Source: Bacteriovoracaceae bacterium
GTDB lineage: Bacteria > Bdellovibrionota > Bacteriovoracia > Bacteriovoracales > Bacteriovoracaceae
DNA: 64,000 bases
Assembly: GCA_965217035.1 (NCBI GenBank)
Contig: OZ244226.1
Span: forward strand, 310,001 to 374,000
Direction of reading: 5' to 3'
Shown here: positions 9,152 to 18,856 of the stretch, piece by piece
Position numbering within the stretch: position 1 is the first letter of the stretch
Layout of the letters: each line of letters begins with the position of its first letter
Made by a program: the position numbers and the translations under genes
The notes under the pieces: model-generated
Databases searched by the model: none
What the model was told of the DNA's origin: nothing
Seen by the model: the letters and a program-made list of their open reading frames with translations, nothing else

Positions 9152-11314
9152 CTAGTCATCTGAGGCAAGTTTCTCTTGGCGTTCCTTAATAACTTTCTCT
9201 TGGATATTATTAGGACATTCCTTATATTCAGCAAATTCCATCGTATAACCCGCTTTACCAGCAGTCCCCGATCTTAGATCTGTTGAGTAACCGAACATCT
9301 CTGAAAGAGGAACAAGAGCATTGATGATTGTATCGTTATTATCATTAGTTTCTGAACCTTGAATAATCCCTCTTCTCGAAGAAAGGTCACCGATAACGAA
9401 ACCTTGGTACTCATCTGGAGTTTCAACTTCAACTTTCATAAATGGCTCAAGAAGAACTGGAGAGGCCGCATTGATCGCTTGTCTCATGGCCTGTCTTGAA
9501 GCAATTCTAAACGCCATATCCGATGAATCGACATCGTGTGACTTACCATCAGTAAGGTAAACTTCAACATTGATAAGTGGGAACGCTGCAAGAGGTCCTT
9601 TATCCATAACGTCTTCGAAACCTTTTTCACAAGCTCCGATAAATTCAGTAGGGATTGATCCCCCTTTAATCTGATTATGGAACTTGAAATTTTGGTCTTC
9701 TCTCTCTTTGTTATCTTCAGCAAGTGGAAGAATACGACCAACAACCTGACCAAACTGACCAGAACCACCAGTTTGCTTTTTATGAGTATAATCGTAGTTG
9801 GCTTCCGTTCTGATTGTCTCACGATAGTTAACCTGTGGAGCACCAATTTCAACTTCTGCTTTATACTCTCTTTGAAGTCTTTCTACATAAATCTCAAGGT
9901 GGAGCTCTCCCATCCCTGCGATTCTTGTTTCCCCAGATTCTTCGTCAGTGAAAACGTGGAATGTCGGATCTTCTTTCATGAAACGTGAAAGACCTTTCGA
10001 CATCTTGATTTGGTTATCCTTATCTTTAGCCTTAATTGAAAGCTCGATAACTGGGATTGGAACGTGCATTCCTTCACAAGAGATGTGAAGAAGATCATCG
10101 TTACCAACAAACGTATCCCCGGATGCACAGTCAATACCAACCATTGCGATGATATCCCCTGCACCTGCGCTATCAATATTATCTCTGTCGTTTGAGTTCA
10201 TTCGAACAATCCGACCAACTCTTACCTTTTTCTTCGTTCTTGTATTCCAAACGAAGTCACCTTTCTTAAGCTCACCTTGATAAATTCTTGTGTAAGTAAG
10301 CTGTCCGAACTGCTCATCAGTAATTTTGAAGGCCATAGCAACAAGTGGCTTCGCGAAATCTGGCTCAAGAGTGATCTTAGAGTCATCATTTGCATCAATT
10401 GCTTGTGGTTTCTCTGAAGTAAGCGGTGATGGTAAATATCTAGAAACAGCATCAAGAAGCGGCTGAACACCTTTGTTCTTGAAAGCCGATCCCATATAAA
10501 CTGGAGTAAGCTTTAATGTCTGAACACCCGTTCTAATTGCATTGTGAATAGTTTCTTCAGTGATTTCTTTCCCTTCAAGAATATCTTCCATCATCTGATC
10601 ATCAAATTCAGAAACAGCATCAAGCATTTGCTCTCTCAATTCATTCGCTTGGTCTTGAAGTTCCGCTGGGCAATCTTCGATTCTAACGTTTTCACCATTA
10701 TCACCATCAAAGTAATAAGCCTTTAAAGTAATAAGATCTACAACACCTTCGAATCCGTCTTCAGCTCCGATAGGAATTTGCATAAGAACAGCGTTGTGAT
10801 TGAGTTTTTCTCTTAACGCTTTTGAACCATTGAAAGCGTTCGCCCCCATTCTGTCCATCTTGTTAAGGAAAGCTAATCTTGGAACATTATATCGTTTCAT
10901 TTGTCGGTCAACTGTAATTGACTGCGACTGAACCCCAGCAACCGAACAAAGAACAAGAATCGCGCCATCAAGAACACGTAATGACCTTTCTACTTCAACA
11001 GTAAAATCAACGTGACCTGGAGTATCGATGATATTAACTTTGATATCTTTATTTTTTCCAGCACCTTCAGCATACTCGATCCCCGCGTCTTGAGTTCCAC
11101 GCCAGTGCACAGTTGTCGCTGCTGAAGTAATTGTAATCCCTTTCTCTTTCTCAAGCTCCATGTGGTCCATGGTTGCGCCATCACCACCACCACGAACGTC
11201 TTCAATCTTGTGAATTTTGTCACAGTAAAAGAGAATCCGTTCAGTCAGTGTCGTTTTTCCTGAGTCGATGTGAGCGGAGATACCGATGTTCCGCGTTTTA
11301 GGTAGATCTTTCAT
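9152..11314 (-). CDS. fusA: Elongation factor G
   Basis: [53 protein letters not shown]. Confidence 0.98.
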   Translation of the reverse strand: MKDLPKTRNIGISAHIDSGKTTLTERILFYCDKIHKIEDVRGGGDGATMDHMELEKEKGITITSAATTVHWRGTQDAGIEYAEGAGKNKDIKVNIIDTPGHVDFTVEVERSLRVLDGAILVLCSVAGVQSQSITVDRQMKRYNVPRLAFLNKMDRMGANAFNGSKALREKLNHNAVLMQIPIGAEDGFEGVVDLITLKAYYFDGDNGENVRIEDCPAELQDQANELREQMLDAVSEFDDQMMEDILEGKEITEETIHNAIRTGVQTLKLTPVYMGSAFKNKGVQPLLDAVSRYLPSPLTSEKPQAIDANDDSKITLEPDFAKPLVAMAFKITDEQFGQLTYTRIYQGELKKGDFVWNTRTKKKVRVGRIVRMNSNDRDNIDSAGAGDIIAMVGIDCASGDTFVGNDDLLHISCEGMHVPIPVIELSIKAKDKDNQIKMSKGLSRFMKEDPTFHVFTDEESGETRIAGMGELHLEIYVERLQREYKAEVEIGAPQVNYRETIRTEANYDYTHKKQTGGSGQFGQVVGRILPLAEDNKEREDQNFKFHNQIKGGSIPTEFIGACEKGFEDVMDKGPLAAFPLINVEVYLTDGKSHDVDSSDMAFRIASRQAMRQAINAASPVLLEPFMKVEVETPDEYQGFVIGDLSSRRGIIQGSETNDNNDTIINALVPLSEMFGYSTDLRSGTAGKAGYTMEFAEYKECPNNIQEKVIKERQEKLASDD

Positions 11315-11476
11315 TTCTTTCAGCTCCGAATGCGTCTAAATTTGATGTTAAAAAATATGGCTTAATATAAAACAGATACGCGTCAAAAGCCAACCGAAAT
11401 GTCCCCGAGAGTCTAGAAAAATATCATTTAGCTTGACGCCTGTTACAGGATGCATTAAAACTTAAAAACCAACCCT

Positions 11477-12157
11477 TTGAATTGTATAGAAATGAGCAGA
11501 AAAGATATTACGCGCGAGCAGTTATACGAATCAGTCAAAACCCTCATCGAAAGTGAGGATAAACACCTTCATTTATGCCAACAGAAGCTTTACACGCTTT
11601 ATAGCATTGCTTTTCAGTACCTTCTTTATAAATCCAGTAAAGACCATGGCTGTTATATTATTCGTGTTGAAGACAGCTTTTTAGCTGAAAAATTAGCCAG
11701 AAAATCGAAAGATCCTACCACTCGAAAATTTATGGCAAGGCTTCTTCATACTAGAAAGCTAAGATATGAAAATTCGACCTTTTATTTGGACTATTTCAAT
11801 TTCCAAAGCTGGTCAATAACTTCTGACCTTCCTCAAAGCAAAATTAAAGCAGGCCTCGTCGTTAAAAATACCTCTTCCACACCAATGGCTGATTATGAAA
11901 ACTTTGAGACGGCTTCAGATGTCGCTGCTCAAGAAGAGGAAGAAGTACAAGCGCCAATAATTCCATTTCCAATCCAAGAATTTGGAAAACACTTCTATCT
12001 TAAAACATTAATGGAAGTCGTCCCAGAAACACTCACAATTGCCTTTGGTGAAAAGTATGAAGGGACAAAACCAATGAAGTTTGGATTCATCCCAGAACCA
12101 GAAGAACTCACTTCCGGAGTTAAAATTGCTTCTGATGTTGTTCTTGGGGAAGAATAA
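11477..12157 (+). CDS. Hypothetical protein (start may be ATG 11492)
   Basis: 226-aa ORF divergent from fusA; TTGACG -35-like element upstream; no family recognised. Confidence 0.7.
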   Translation: MNCIEMSRKDITREQLYESVKTLIESEDKHLHLCQQKLYTLYSIAFQYLLYKSSKDHGCYIIRVEDSFLAEKLARKSKDPTTRKFMARLLHTRKLRYENSTFYLDYFNFQSWSITSDLPQSKIKAGLVVKNTSSTPMADYENFETASDVAAQEEEEVQAPIIPFPIQEFGKHFYLKTLMEVVPETLTIAFGEKYEGTKPMKFGFIPEPEELTSGVKIASDVVLGEE

Positions 12158-12255
12158 CTCCATTTTTGGCATACAAAGCCAATGCCGATTATCCCAGCCC
12201 AACCATACTTGTGATTTTTCGATAGTTACGTTATGAAGTCTCAAAACAAAATCTA

Positions 12256-12804
12256 ATGGAGATCATCATGAAAACCATCTTATTTCTTATTTGCTTATTT
12301 TCATTATCAGCATGGTCACAGAAGAAATTTAATATTCAAACGAGAGTCAAAACGGGTAAACATCACGAAGTTCAATACCTTAAAGTAAAAAACCCTGAAC
12401 TTATTGATAAAGTTTTTGATTCAAGCTTTATCCTCAACTCAAAAATTTCTTTCCACTTTCAAGGGATTTTAGAAGGAAATATTTGTGAATACCGATACCC
12501 TGTTCTAATAGTTTCTGAAAATAAGCAAAGAAAACTTTATGAATTAAAGCTTTATCCAATCCAGAAATTCAATGCTGCAAAAAAACAATCTATTCCGGTG
12601 ACTGATCCAGCATGTACTTCTCATTCAGAACCTACGCCTTTTAAGTTTTCAATTGAAGTAGCTCCTTCTATTTGGTGGGCTGAGAAAAAACAAGAAATTT
12701 GGAAATATCTTATTACAGACAGTAAAGGGAACGAATATCTATTACAAATCAAACTTCATGAGAGAGATGGCTGGTCTTGGAAGACCACTGCACGTAAAAA
12801 GTAG
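12256..12804 (+). CDS. Secreted hypothetical protein (start probably ATG 12268)
   Basis: GGAG before second ATG; signal peptide MKTILFLICLFSLSAWS. Confidence 0.75.
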   Translation: MEIIMKTILFLICLFSLSAWSQKKFNIQTRVKTGKHHEVQYLKVKNPELIDKVFDSSFILNSKISFHFQGILEGNICEYRYPVLIVSENKQRKLYELKLYPIQKFNAAKKQSIPVTDPACTSHSEPTPFKFSIEVAPSIWWAEKKQEIWKYLITDSKGNEYLLQIKLHERDGWSWKTTARKK

Positions 12805-12930
12805 TTATTATATTAAAAATTTTAGTAATCTTCGAAACGAGTAAATAATGGTGTAACGTTTCTTTAATTTAAGAGGAAGCTTTTTTTTAAATACTCATCC
12901 ATTGTAATGATTCGATTCTTCTTAAAAAAC

Positions 12931-13011
12931 TCATCTAATCTGTTCGATTGCGAGGAGTTCTTTTAAACCTGCGTAAGCAATAACACCTACCAGAAAAAAC
13001 AAGCTAGTCAT
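12931..13011 (-). CDS. Candidate 26-aa small membrane protein MTSLFFLVGVIAYAGLKELLAIEQIR
   Basis: ATG preceded by GAGG at 9 nt; hydrophobic N-terminal helix; lies in an otherwise empty intergenic gap. Confidence 0.45.
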   Translation of the reverse strand: MTSLFFLVGVIAYAGLKELLAIEQIR

Positions 13012-13080
13012 TAGTCTGAACCTCAGCTCTAACCTATGTATTAGGATATACTGTATTATCTCCTAAGCTTAATCTTTTAC

Positions 13081-13440
13081 CTACTGACAAACTTCTGCAG
13101 TGATCGCAGCGACATAGTCACCGACATTACTATAAACTTCAAATACAGCTGTTCCTACATCGCCATAAATCCCTTCTAACTCCATCGAATAACCAGCTTC
13201 CTTTAAAAAACCATCGAGACTTTCATCAAGCTTCTTATCCCCGTCTTCACCATAAACAACACAAAGTTCACTTTGCATTTCATAATCTTCATCCTCTATA
13301 AGCTTTTCAAGCTCAGAAATAAACTTACTCGCTTCTTCAGCTTTTTGAACCAAATGCCCATCGACTTTGTAGCCGAGAATTTCCCAGGCAGAAGCATTGA
13401 GCGATAAGGATAAAACAGTCATCATAATTAATGATTTCAT
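13081..13440 (-). CDS. Secreted acidic hypothetical protein
   Basis: GGGAG SD; signal peptide ending ASA-W; two Cys. Confidence 0.8.
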   Translation of the reverse strand: MKSLIMMTVLSLSLNASAWEILGYKVDGHLVQKAEEASKFISELEKLIEDEDYEMQSELCVVYGEDGDKKLDESLDGFLKEAGYSMELEGIYGDVGTAVFEVYSNVGDYVAAITAEVCQ

Positions 13441-13517
13441 TGAGACTCCCTTGTTGTTTAAGAGCTCTATATCATCATCTTGAAAAATATTAAGATTAAA
13501 GGAAAAAATTACAGACC

Positions 13518-13547
13518 AAAAAGAAAGGCCCTTCAGAGAGGAAGGGC
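13518..13547 (-). terminator. Intrinsic terminator
   Basis: Minus strand GCCCTTC-CTCTCT-GAAGGGC-CTTTCTTTTT. Confidence 0.8.
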
Positions 13548-13691
13548 GGTGGGCAACATGAAAGCATATATTTTTTAAAGATATGTCTTAAGGCAGGGTG
13601 TGTGACTGACTCTTCATTCGAAGCTTCAGAAGGTAGGGATTAAGATATGGATTGGGATTATCCAGGTTGCACCACCTTTACCTCTTGTTAC
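13518..13691 (-). ncRNA. Candidate sigma54-dependent small RNA or attenuated leader (~175 nt)
   Basis: Bounded by a sigma54 promoter and an intrinsic terminator; only tiny ORFs inside. Confidence 0.55.
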
Positions 13692-13701
13692 TTAACTATA
13701 A

Positions 13702-13717
13702 AGCAAGAGCCATGCCA
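13702..13717 (-). promoter_or_regulatory. Sigma54 (-24/-12) promoter
   Basis: Minus strand TGGCATGGCTCTTGCT = GG-N10-GC, close to consensus TGGCAC-N5-TTGCW; IHF-like AATTAACGGCTTA at 13736-13748. Confidence 0.8.
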
Positions 13718-13970
13718 AAACTGATATTTGAGTAAAATTAACGGCTTAAGGCCTAAGGCCTGCGTTAACTAAATAAATTTAACTGGTGGCAACCTATCTC
13801 CAAGGACCTCTTTGGCCCCTATTCTTGGTGTCATTGATGCCCTGTAAGATTTAGGTGGCTCCAAAATAGTACATAGCGTTAAATCTTTTAGTTCGACAAG
13901 AAGCCTTCATTAGATTTTACGACGGAGAAAAAATGAAAACTAATGATCTTATTTTATCCATACCTATATA

Positions 13971-15155
13971 TTATAAATTAATATCCTTAGCAGTTATTTG
14001 ATTCACAACTTTTTTAAAAATCTCTAGCAGCTTTTCACATTCATCCCTCGTAATATAAGGAGAGATTGAAATTCTTAGACTATTTTTAGCATAATTGTTT
14101 AATCCCAAAACCTGAAGCAAACGACTCTCCTCGAACGTTCCAGAGGAACAGGCAGAACCACTCCCAACCGCCATACCGGCCATATCAAAAGCAGGGATCA
14201 ATAACTGGCTCTTGATATCAAGAAAATACATAAAAACTGTATTGAGATTTAAATTTTCAGATTCGATTGGAAGAACTTCAGCATAGTTCTTAATAATACT
14301 TTGAAACTCTGCTCTTAAGTACTCGATGTTTTCTCTTTGATCATTAGGCTTAAAATCTAAAACCACTTGCTCTAATGCTTTTTGAATAGAAAAGATACCA
14401 TGAGTATTAAGTGTTCCTGAACGAAGCCAACTCTGTTGCCCTCCTCCAACAATCAAAGGACCTATCGGATTTTCAGCTTTGTATTGCTTCGAAAGAAAGC
14501 TCCACCCCACTCCTTTAAGAGTTCCAAACTTATGTCCTGAATAGGAATAACAATCCAAAGACTCATCAAGCTCTCTATAGCTTGCAATTTTAGCAACTGA
14601 TTGGGTCGCATCAACATGAACGATCATTCGATCCTTGAACTTTGCTTTAAGAGAAGAGACTTCAACTAAATCCCAAACGACACCGCTTTCATTATGGACC
14701 CAAGTATAGTTCAGGATAACTTCATTTGAATCATCTTCTAAAATATTTTCGACTTGCTTTGATATTTCTCCTAATGGAAACTTCATATTTCTTCCTGTAG
14801 AAACTCCAATACACTCGACACCCATCAACTTTAAGATGGGCACTTGTTCTACTATGCAGGAATGATCAGTCTTTAAATAAAGAAAATAAGGTTTCTTGTT
14901 TGCCTCTAATGCTCTTCTTACAACTCCTCTAATAAAGAAGTTAGATCCTTCTGTTGCCCCAGAATGAAAGAGAGAAAAATGGGAATCCTTAACATTAAAA
15001 TGCTCTGCTAGAAAACGTTCACAATCATGGACCACTTTTAAAGCAGCTTTTCCAAGTTGATGTTGTGAAGATGGATTGGCAAAAGGGAGATCAAAAAAAG
15101 CCCCTTTAAGTGAATCACTTAAAGGGGCTGAAGCATTATAATCACAATAGATCAC
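13971..15155 (-). CDS. iscS: Cysteine desulfurase (IscS/NifS, class V PLP enzyme)
   Basis: DYNASAP, SGATEG, HVDATQ, SGHKFG, RSGT, catalytic GSACSSG. Confidence 0.9.
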   Translation of the reverse strand: MIYCDYNASAPLSDSLKGAFFDLPFANPSSQHQLGKAALKVVHDCERFLAEHFNVKDSHFSLFHSGATEGSNFFIRGVVRRALEANKKPYFLYLKTDHSCIVEQVPILKLMGVECIGVSTGRNMKFPLGEISKQVENILEDDSNEVILNYTWVHNESGVVWDLVEVSSLKAKFKDRMIVHVDATQSVAKIASYRELDESLDCYSYSGHKFGTLKGVGWSFLSKQYKAENPIGPLIVGGGQQSWLRSGTLNTHGIFSIQKALEQVVLDFKPNDQRENIEYLRAEFQSIIKNYAEVLPIESENLNLNTVFMYFLDIKSQLLIPAFDMAGMAVGSGSACSSGTFEESRLLQVLGLNNYAKNSLRISISPYITRDECEKLLEIFKKVVNQITAKDINL

Positions 15156-15168
15156 TATTCGTAATTAT

Positions 15169-15765
15169 TTAGAAATCACTGCTGATATTTGGAGTGAACG
15201 CTGGGGCTGCAGTCGTTGTAGATGCAGACTCATTGTTCGTTGCAGCTGGAGCAGTATTAGCTGAGTTAATAGCTGAAGTTGCTGCAGTTGGCTCAGTAGC
15301 AATTGTGATTTCTCTAGACTTTCTCATTAGATCGCCAAGAGTTGTTGTTGCAAGGTACTCTTGCATGATGATCCCAAGATTTTCAAAGTAATTTCTTACG
15401 GCTTGGAATTCCCTTGTGTTAACAAGAGCAGCATCTCCATTCTCTTGGTGAAAATTAACACCTGAAGAAGGGTTTCCGCTGATGTCTTTTGCTGGGTTAA
15501 TATTTTCCCCAACTGATGCAAGAATGTCTCTTACAGTGATTTCATCCATCGCACGAGAAAGAACGTATCCTCCCCCTGGACCACGAACAGACTTAACAAC
15601 GCTACCTGTTCTGAGCTTTCTGAAAAGCTGCTCTAGGTAGTGAAGGCTGATTGCCTGTCTTCTAGAAATTTCCTGTAATCTGACTGGATTGCCGTTGCTG
15701 TGAGTTGTTAAATCAAGCATTGCACGTACGGCGTAGCGACCTTTTGATGTAAGTCTCATGTTCAT
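15169..15765 (-). CDS. Rrf2-family regulator, IscR-like but without cysteines
   Basis: MRLTSKGRYAVRAMLDL…ISLHYLEQLFRKLR…SVRGPGGGY; directly upstream of iscS. Confidence 0.9.
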   Translation of the reverse strand: MNMRLTSKGRYAVRAMLDLTTHSNGNPVRLQEISRRQAISLHYLEQLFRKLRTGSVVKSVRGPGGGYVLSRAMDEITVRDILASVGENINPAKDISGNPSSGVNFHQENGDAALVNTREFQAVRNYFENLGIIMQEYLATTTLGDLMRKSREITIATEPTAATSAINSANTAPAATNNESASTTTAAPAFTPNISSDF

Positions 15766-15868
15766 CCTCCATAAAGTTTAATAGTCGTTCTAACTATCAA
15801 ATGGCTTTCCCTGCCATCTGGAGACTTCAGTAGCTTCCAAAGAAACCTACTAAATTGTTCTCAATAAT

Positions 15869-15898
15869 AGTATCACCTTACAAAATAACTCTCGTCAA
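15869..15898 (-). promoter_or_regulatory. Sigma70-type promoter for the iscR-like/iscS pair
   Basis: TTGACG-18 nt-GATACT on the minus strand. Confidence 0.5.
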
Positions 15899-15948
15899 CA
15901 ATTTAATGCAGATCTTAACAAAAAAATTTTACTCAATTAATTTCGTAG

Positions 15949-16017
15949 TTAGGTAACTGAAATTACTGGGTATGGTGATTAGCTGACACTAGGTAAATAA
16001 CTGAGTATGTCGGGAAA
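15949..16017. promoter_or_regulatory. Two IscR type-1-like operator sites
   Basis: Minus strand ATACCCAGTAATTTCAGTTACCTAA (15949-15973) and TTTCCCGACATACTCAGTTATTTAC (15993-16017), 44 bp apart, resembling ATASYYGACTRWWWYAGTCRRSTAT. Confidence 0.5.
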
Positions 16018-16137
16018 TTGTTGCCTCTCAAACCTTTAATACTGAGATCCTTGATCAATTTTCGTGTAATAAATACATGTCCTATCTTTAGTATATTGAT
16101 AATGCTATCGTGCGCTCCATAACCTAAGGAGCCATTT

Positions 16138-17667
16138 GTGAACACGTTCGAGCAGTTAAATTTAAATGAGAAAATTTTGAAAGCAGTGGCTGAAATGGGC
16201 TTTGAGGAACCTTCAGAAATCCAAGTAAAAGCGATTCCCCTCCTTTTAGAATCTTCAAGAGATTTTATTGGTCAAGCTCAAACTGGAACTGGGAAGACTG
16301 CTGCTTTTGTTATTCCTTTACTAGAAAAGATTGATTATCACTCTAAAGACGTTCAAGCATTAATTCTCACTCCCACTCGTGAACTTGCTCATCAAGTGAA
16401 AAAAGAAATTGAAAAGATCGGAAAATATATGAATATCCGCTCCACTTCAATTTATGGTGGAACTTCTTATGACAAACAAATTAAAGCGCTTAAACAAGAC
16501 CGTCCTCATATCGTGGTAGGGACTCCAGGGCGAGTCATCGATATGATCAACAAACGTCTTTTAAAACTTGGTAATGCAGAGTTTTGTATTCTTGATGAAG
16601 CAGATGAAATGCTCAACATGGGATTTTATGAAGACGTGGAAACGATTCTTCAAACTTTTAAAGATCACCGACAACTCATTATGTTCTCAGCAACAATGCC
16701 AAAACAAATCCTTAATCTTATAAAAAGATCTTTTAAAGAATACAATACTGTAAAAATCAAAAAGAAGTCTTTGAGTAATGACGATATTGAGCAGAAATAT
16801 TTTGTCGTTCGGAATAAACACCATACTGAAGCACTCGCTCGACTTATCGAAGATGCAGAAGATCCTTACGCGATTGTTTTTTGTAAGACTAAGGTTGAAA
16901 CCGTTGATGTTGGAAATGAACTCAAGGGTCGTGGCTATCGTGTTGAAATTTTAAACGGTGATATGGGACAAAATGAACGAGAAAGAGTTATGAGAAGCTT
17001 TAAAGATAAGCGGACAACTCTCCTGGTTTGTACTGATATTGCTGCTCGTGGAATTGATGTGAATAACCTGACTCATGTTTTCAATTACGGACTTCCCCAA
17101 CATGATGAAGCCTATGTTCACCGTATTGGAAGAACAGGAAGAGCAGGACAAACGGGAAAAGCTTATACCATCGTAGGACCAAAAGCTGTTTTCGCTTTAA
17201 GAAAGATAGAGAGACATATCAATAAAAGAATAGAGTTCGAAAAACTACCGAGTACAGAGCAACTTAAAAGAAAATTAATTCAAAGAGAGATGGCAACAGT
17301 TGCCAATGTTCATCACGTGCTTAAAGACAAAGATAAAGAATTTACAACTGATCAGGCTTTTGATGTTTTTGCAGATGAATTTTCTGATCTTAGCCAAGAG
17401 CAACTTCTCAAGCTGATGTTCACTTGGAAATTCAATAAGTTGATCCGCCATTTTGATAATCTCGGTGATATCGAAGATAAGCCTTCTTATAATAGAAATG
17501 ACCGTCCAAGAAACGCAGGAAGAAATGCGCGACGGAGAAATCGTAGAGACAGTGGCAATAGCCGTCGAGATGGAAGAAGAAATGATCAAAGAGCAAGCGG
17601 CGGTGGAGAAAGAAGAAATCGTGGAGAGAAAAGGCGCTCAAATCGACGATCAAGCCGATCGACTTAG
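16138..17667 (+). CDS. DEAD-box RNA helicase (CshA/DeaD-like)
   Basis: Q motif, AQTGTGKT, PTRELA, TPGR, DEAD, SAT, ARGID, HRIGRTGRAG; Arg-rich tail; AGGAG SD before GTG. Confidence 0.97.
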   Translation: MNTFEQLNLNEKILKAVAEMGFEEPSEIQVKAIPLLLESSRDFIGQAQTGTGKTAAFVIPLLEKIDYHSKDVQALILTPTRELAHQVKKEIEKIGKYMNIRSTSIYGGTSYDKQIKALKQDRPHIVVGTPGRVIDMINKRLLKLGNAEFCILDEADEMLNMGFYEDVETILQTFKDHRQLIMFSATMPKQILNLIKRSFKEYNTVKIKKKSLSNDDIEQKYFVVRNKHHTEALARLIEDAEDPYAIVFCKTKVETVDVGNELKGRGYRVEILNGDMGQNERERVMRSFKDKRTTLLVCTDIAARGIDVNNLTHVFNYGLPQHDEAYVHRIGRTGRAGQTGKAYTIVGPKAVFALRKIERHINKRIEFEKLPSTEQLKRKLIQREMATVANVHHVLKDKDKEFTTDQAFDVFADEFSDLSQEQLLKLMFTWKFNKLIRHFDNLGDIEDKPSYNRNDRPRNAGRNARRRNRRDSGNSRRDGRRNDQRASGGGERRNRGEKRRSNRRSSRST

Positions 17668-17779
17668 TATCTTCAATAAGTCTGATACAGATGGTGCGCC
17701 GGACTCAATGACGGGCATGAAGTTCATAACATCAATGACCATCCATAGCACAAGAGGAAGTTAAATACGCACCAAGACG

Positions 17780-18820
17780 CTAATTCGAAGAATGCTTTTC
17801 AAGAATATCATTGAGCTGACGGAGAAAATCTTCGCCAGCATTCTTACTATAAATCTTTAATTCAACACGACGGTTCTTGCTGTGAGCCTCTTTCGTATTC
17901 GCTGGATCAATTAAACGCTTCTCTCCAAACCCTTTCGCTTCAATTTTTTCTTTAGGGACAGAGTTATCTCTAAAAATATTGCGAACCGTTCGTGCTCTCA
18001 CTTTAGAAAGCTCCATATTTTTTTTGTCGTTTCCAGTGGCATCTGTATGACCAAAGATCTTAAGTTTCGACCATTGATCGGAGTATTCAGAAAGGACTGT
18101 TGCAAGTTCTTCAATAATTTGCTTCGAGCCATCATTTAACTGGAAGCTATTGGTTTTAAAGTTTACTCCGAGCCGCTTGAGACTAAATTTAATTCGAGGT
18201 TTTTCTTCAACTTCCGGCTCAGGTTCAAGAACAGGAGTTGGTTCTTCGGCTTTTCCAAAGGGCCAACCAACCTCAGCAACAAGCTGAAGATAGGTGATCT
18301 TGCGATCATCAATATTTATATCCGTGAAACCTTGAGCACCAACTCTTATCATAAAATCATCTTTAGGATCGGAAAAATCATAAAAGATTCTCGCACCAGC
18401 AAATAAGGCACTCGATTTATCATCAGAATTAGTTCCTGCATCAGAAAAACTAACATCTCGACCTAAAAGCATTTGAAGTTGCGGACCTATACTCCACCGA
18501 TCTGATAAACGATAACGAGCACCTAGCTCAAAAAAGAAAGCTTTTGTTTGAATTTCAACACTATCATCCATTTCATCGTATCGATATCCAAGGCCAATAT
18601 CAGCAATGAAGTCTTTCCAATAACGTGAATAGACTCCCTTAATTCCTATTTGTAGTCCATTGTTTTCAACTTCAGGAGAGCTAATATCTGTTTTATCCAT
18701 GAGTCCAAGCTCTCCTCCGATGAACCACCAATCATTTTCACCACCAGGGATATAGTTTTCATTGTCAGAAAAAACAGGACCAGAAACAACCAATAGAAGG
18801 AGCACAAATAAATTTTTCAT
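17780..18820 (-). CDS. OmpA-family outer membrane protein (beta-barrel + peptidoglycan-binding domain)
   Basis: Signal peptide, amphipathic strands, PE-rich hinge, GHTDATG…NMELSKVRA…NRRVE. Confidence 0.92.
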   Translation of the reverse strand: MKNLFVLLLLVVSGPVFSDNENYIPGGENDWWFIGGELGLMDKTDISSPEVENNGLQIGIKGVYSRYWKDFIADIGLGYRYDEMDDSVEIQTKAFFFELGARYRLSDRWSIGPQLQMLLGRDVSFSDAGTNSDDKSSALFAGARIFYDFSDPKDDFMIRVGAQGFTDINIDDRKITYLQLVAEVGWPFGKAEEPTPVLEPEPEVEEKPRIKFSLKRLGVNFKTNSFQLNDGSKQIIEELATVLSEYSDQWSKLKIFGHTDATGNDKKNMELSKVRARTVRNIFRDNSVPKEKIEAKGFGEKRLIDPANTKEAHSKNRRVELKIYSKNAGEDFLRQLNDILEKHSSN

Positions 18821-18826
18821 AAGGAA

Positions 18827-18855
18827 ATTATAGGACCTTACTTACACTTGATCAA
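18827..18855 (-). promoter_or_regulatory. Sigma70 promoter implying a leaderless ompA-family mRNA
   Basis: TTGATC-17-TATAAT-6 nt-ATG, no SD. Confidence 0.65.
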
Positions 18856-18856
18856 A

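Noticed and set aside
12166..12191. TTGGCATAC… as a sigma54 promoter and GCCGATTA as a sigma28 -10 element
   Set aside because: GG-to-GC spacing is not 10 nt and there is no -35 tetramer at the right distance; more simply a short TTGGC/GCCAA hairpin after a stop codon
17483..17667. Arg/Gly/Asn repeat-like sequence
   Set aside because: Ordinary low-complexity basic tail of a DEAD-box helicase, not a DNA repeat
17692..17774. tRNA gene (acceptor-like GGTGCG…CGCACCA)
   Set aside because: No TTCRA T-loop, D-loop GG or clean anticodon arm on either strand
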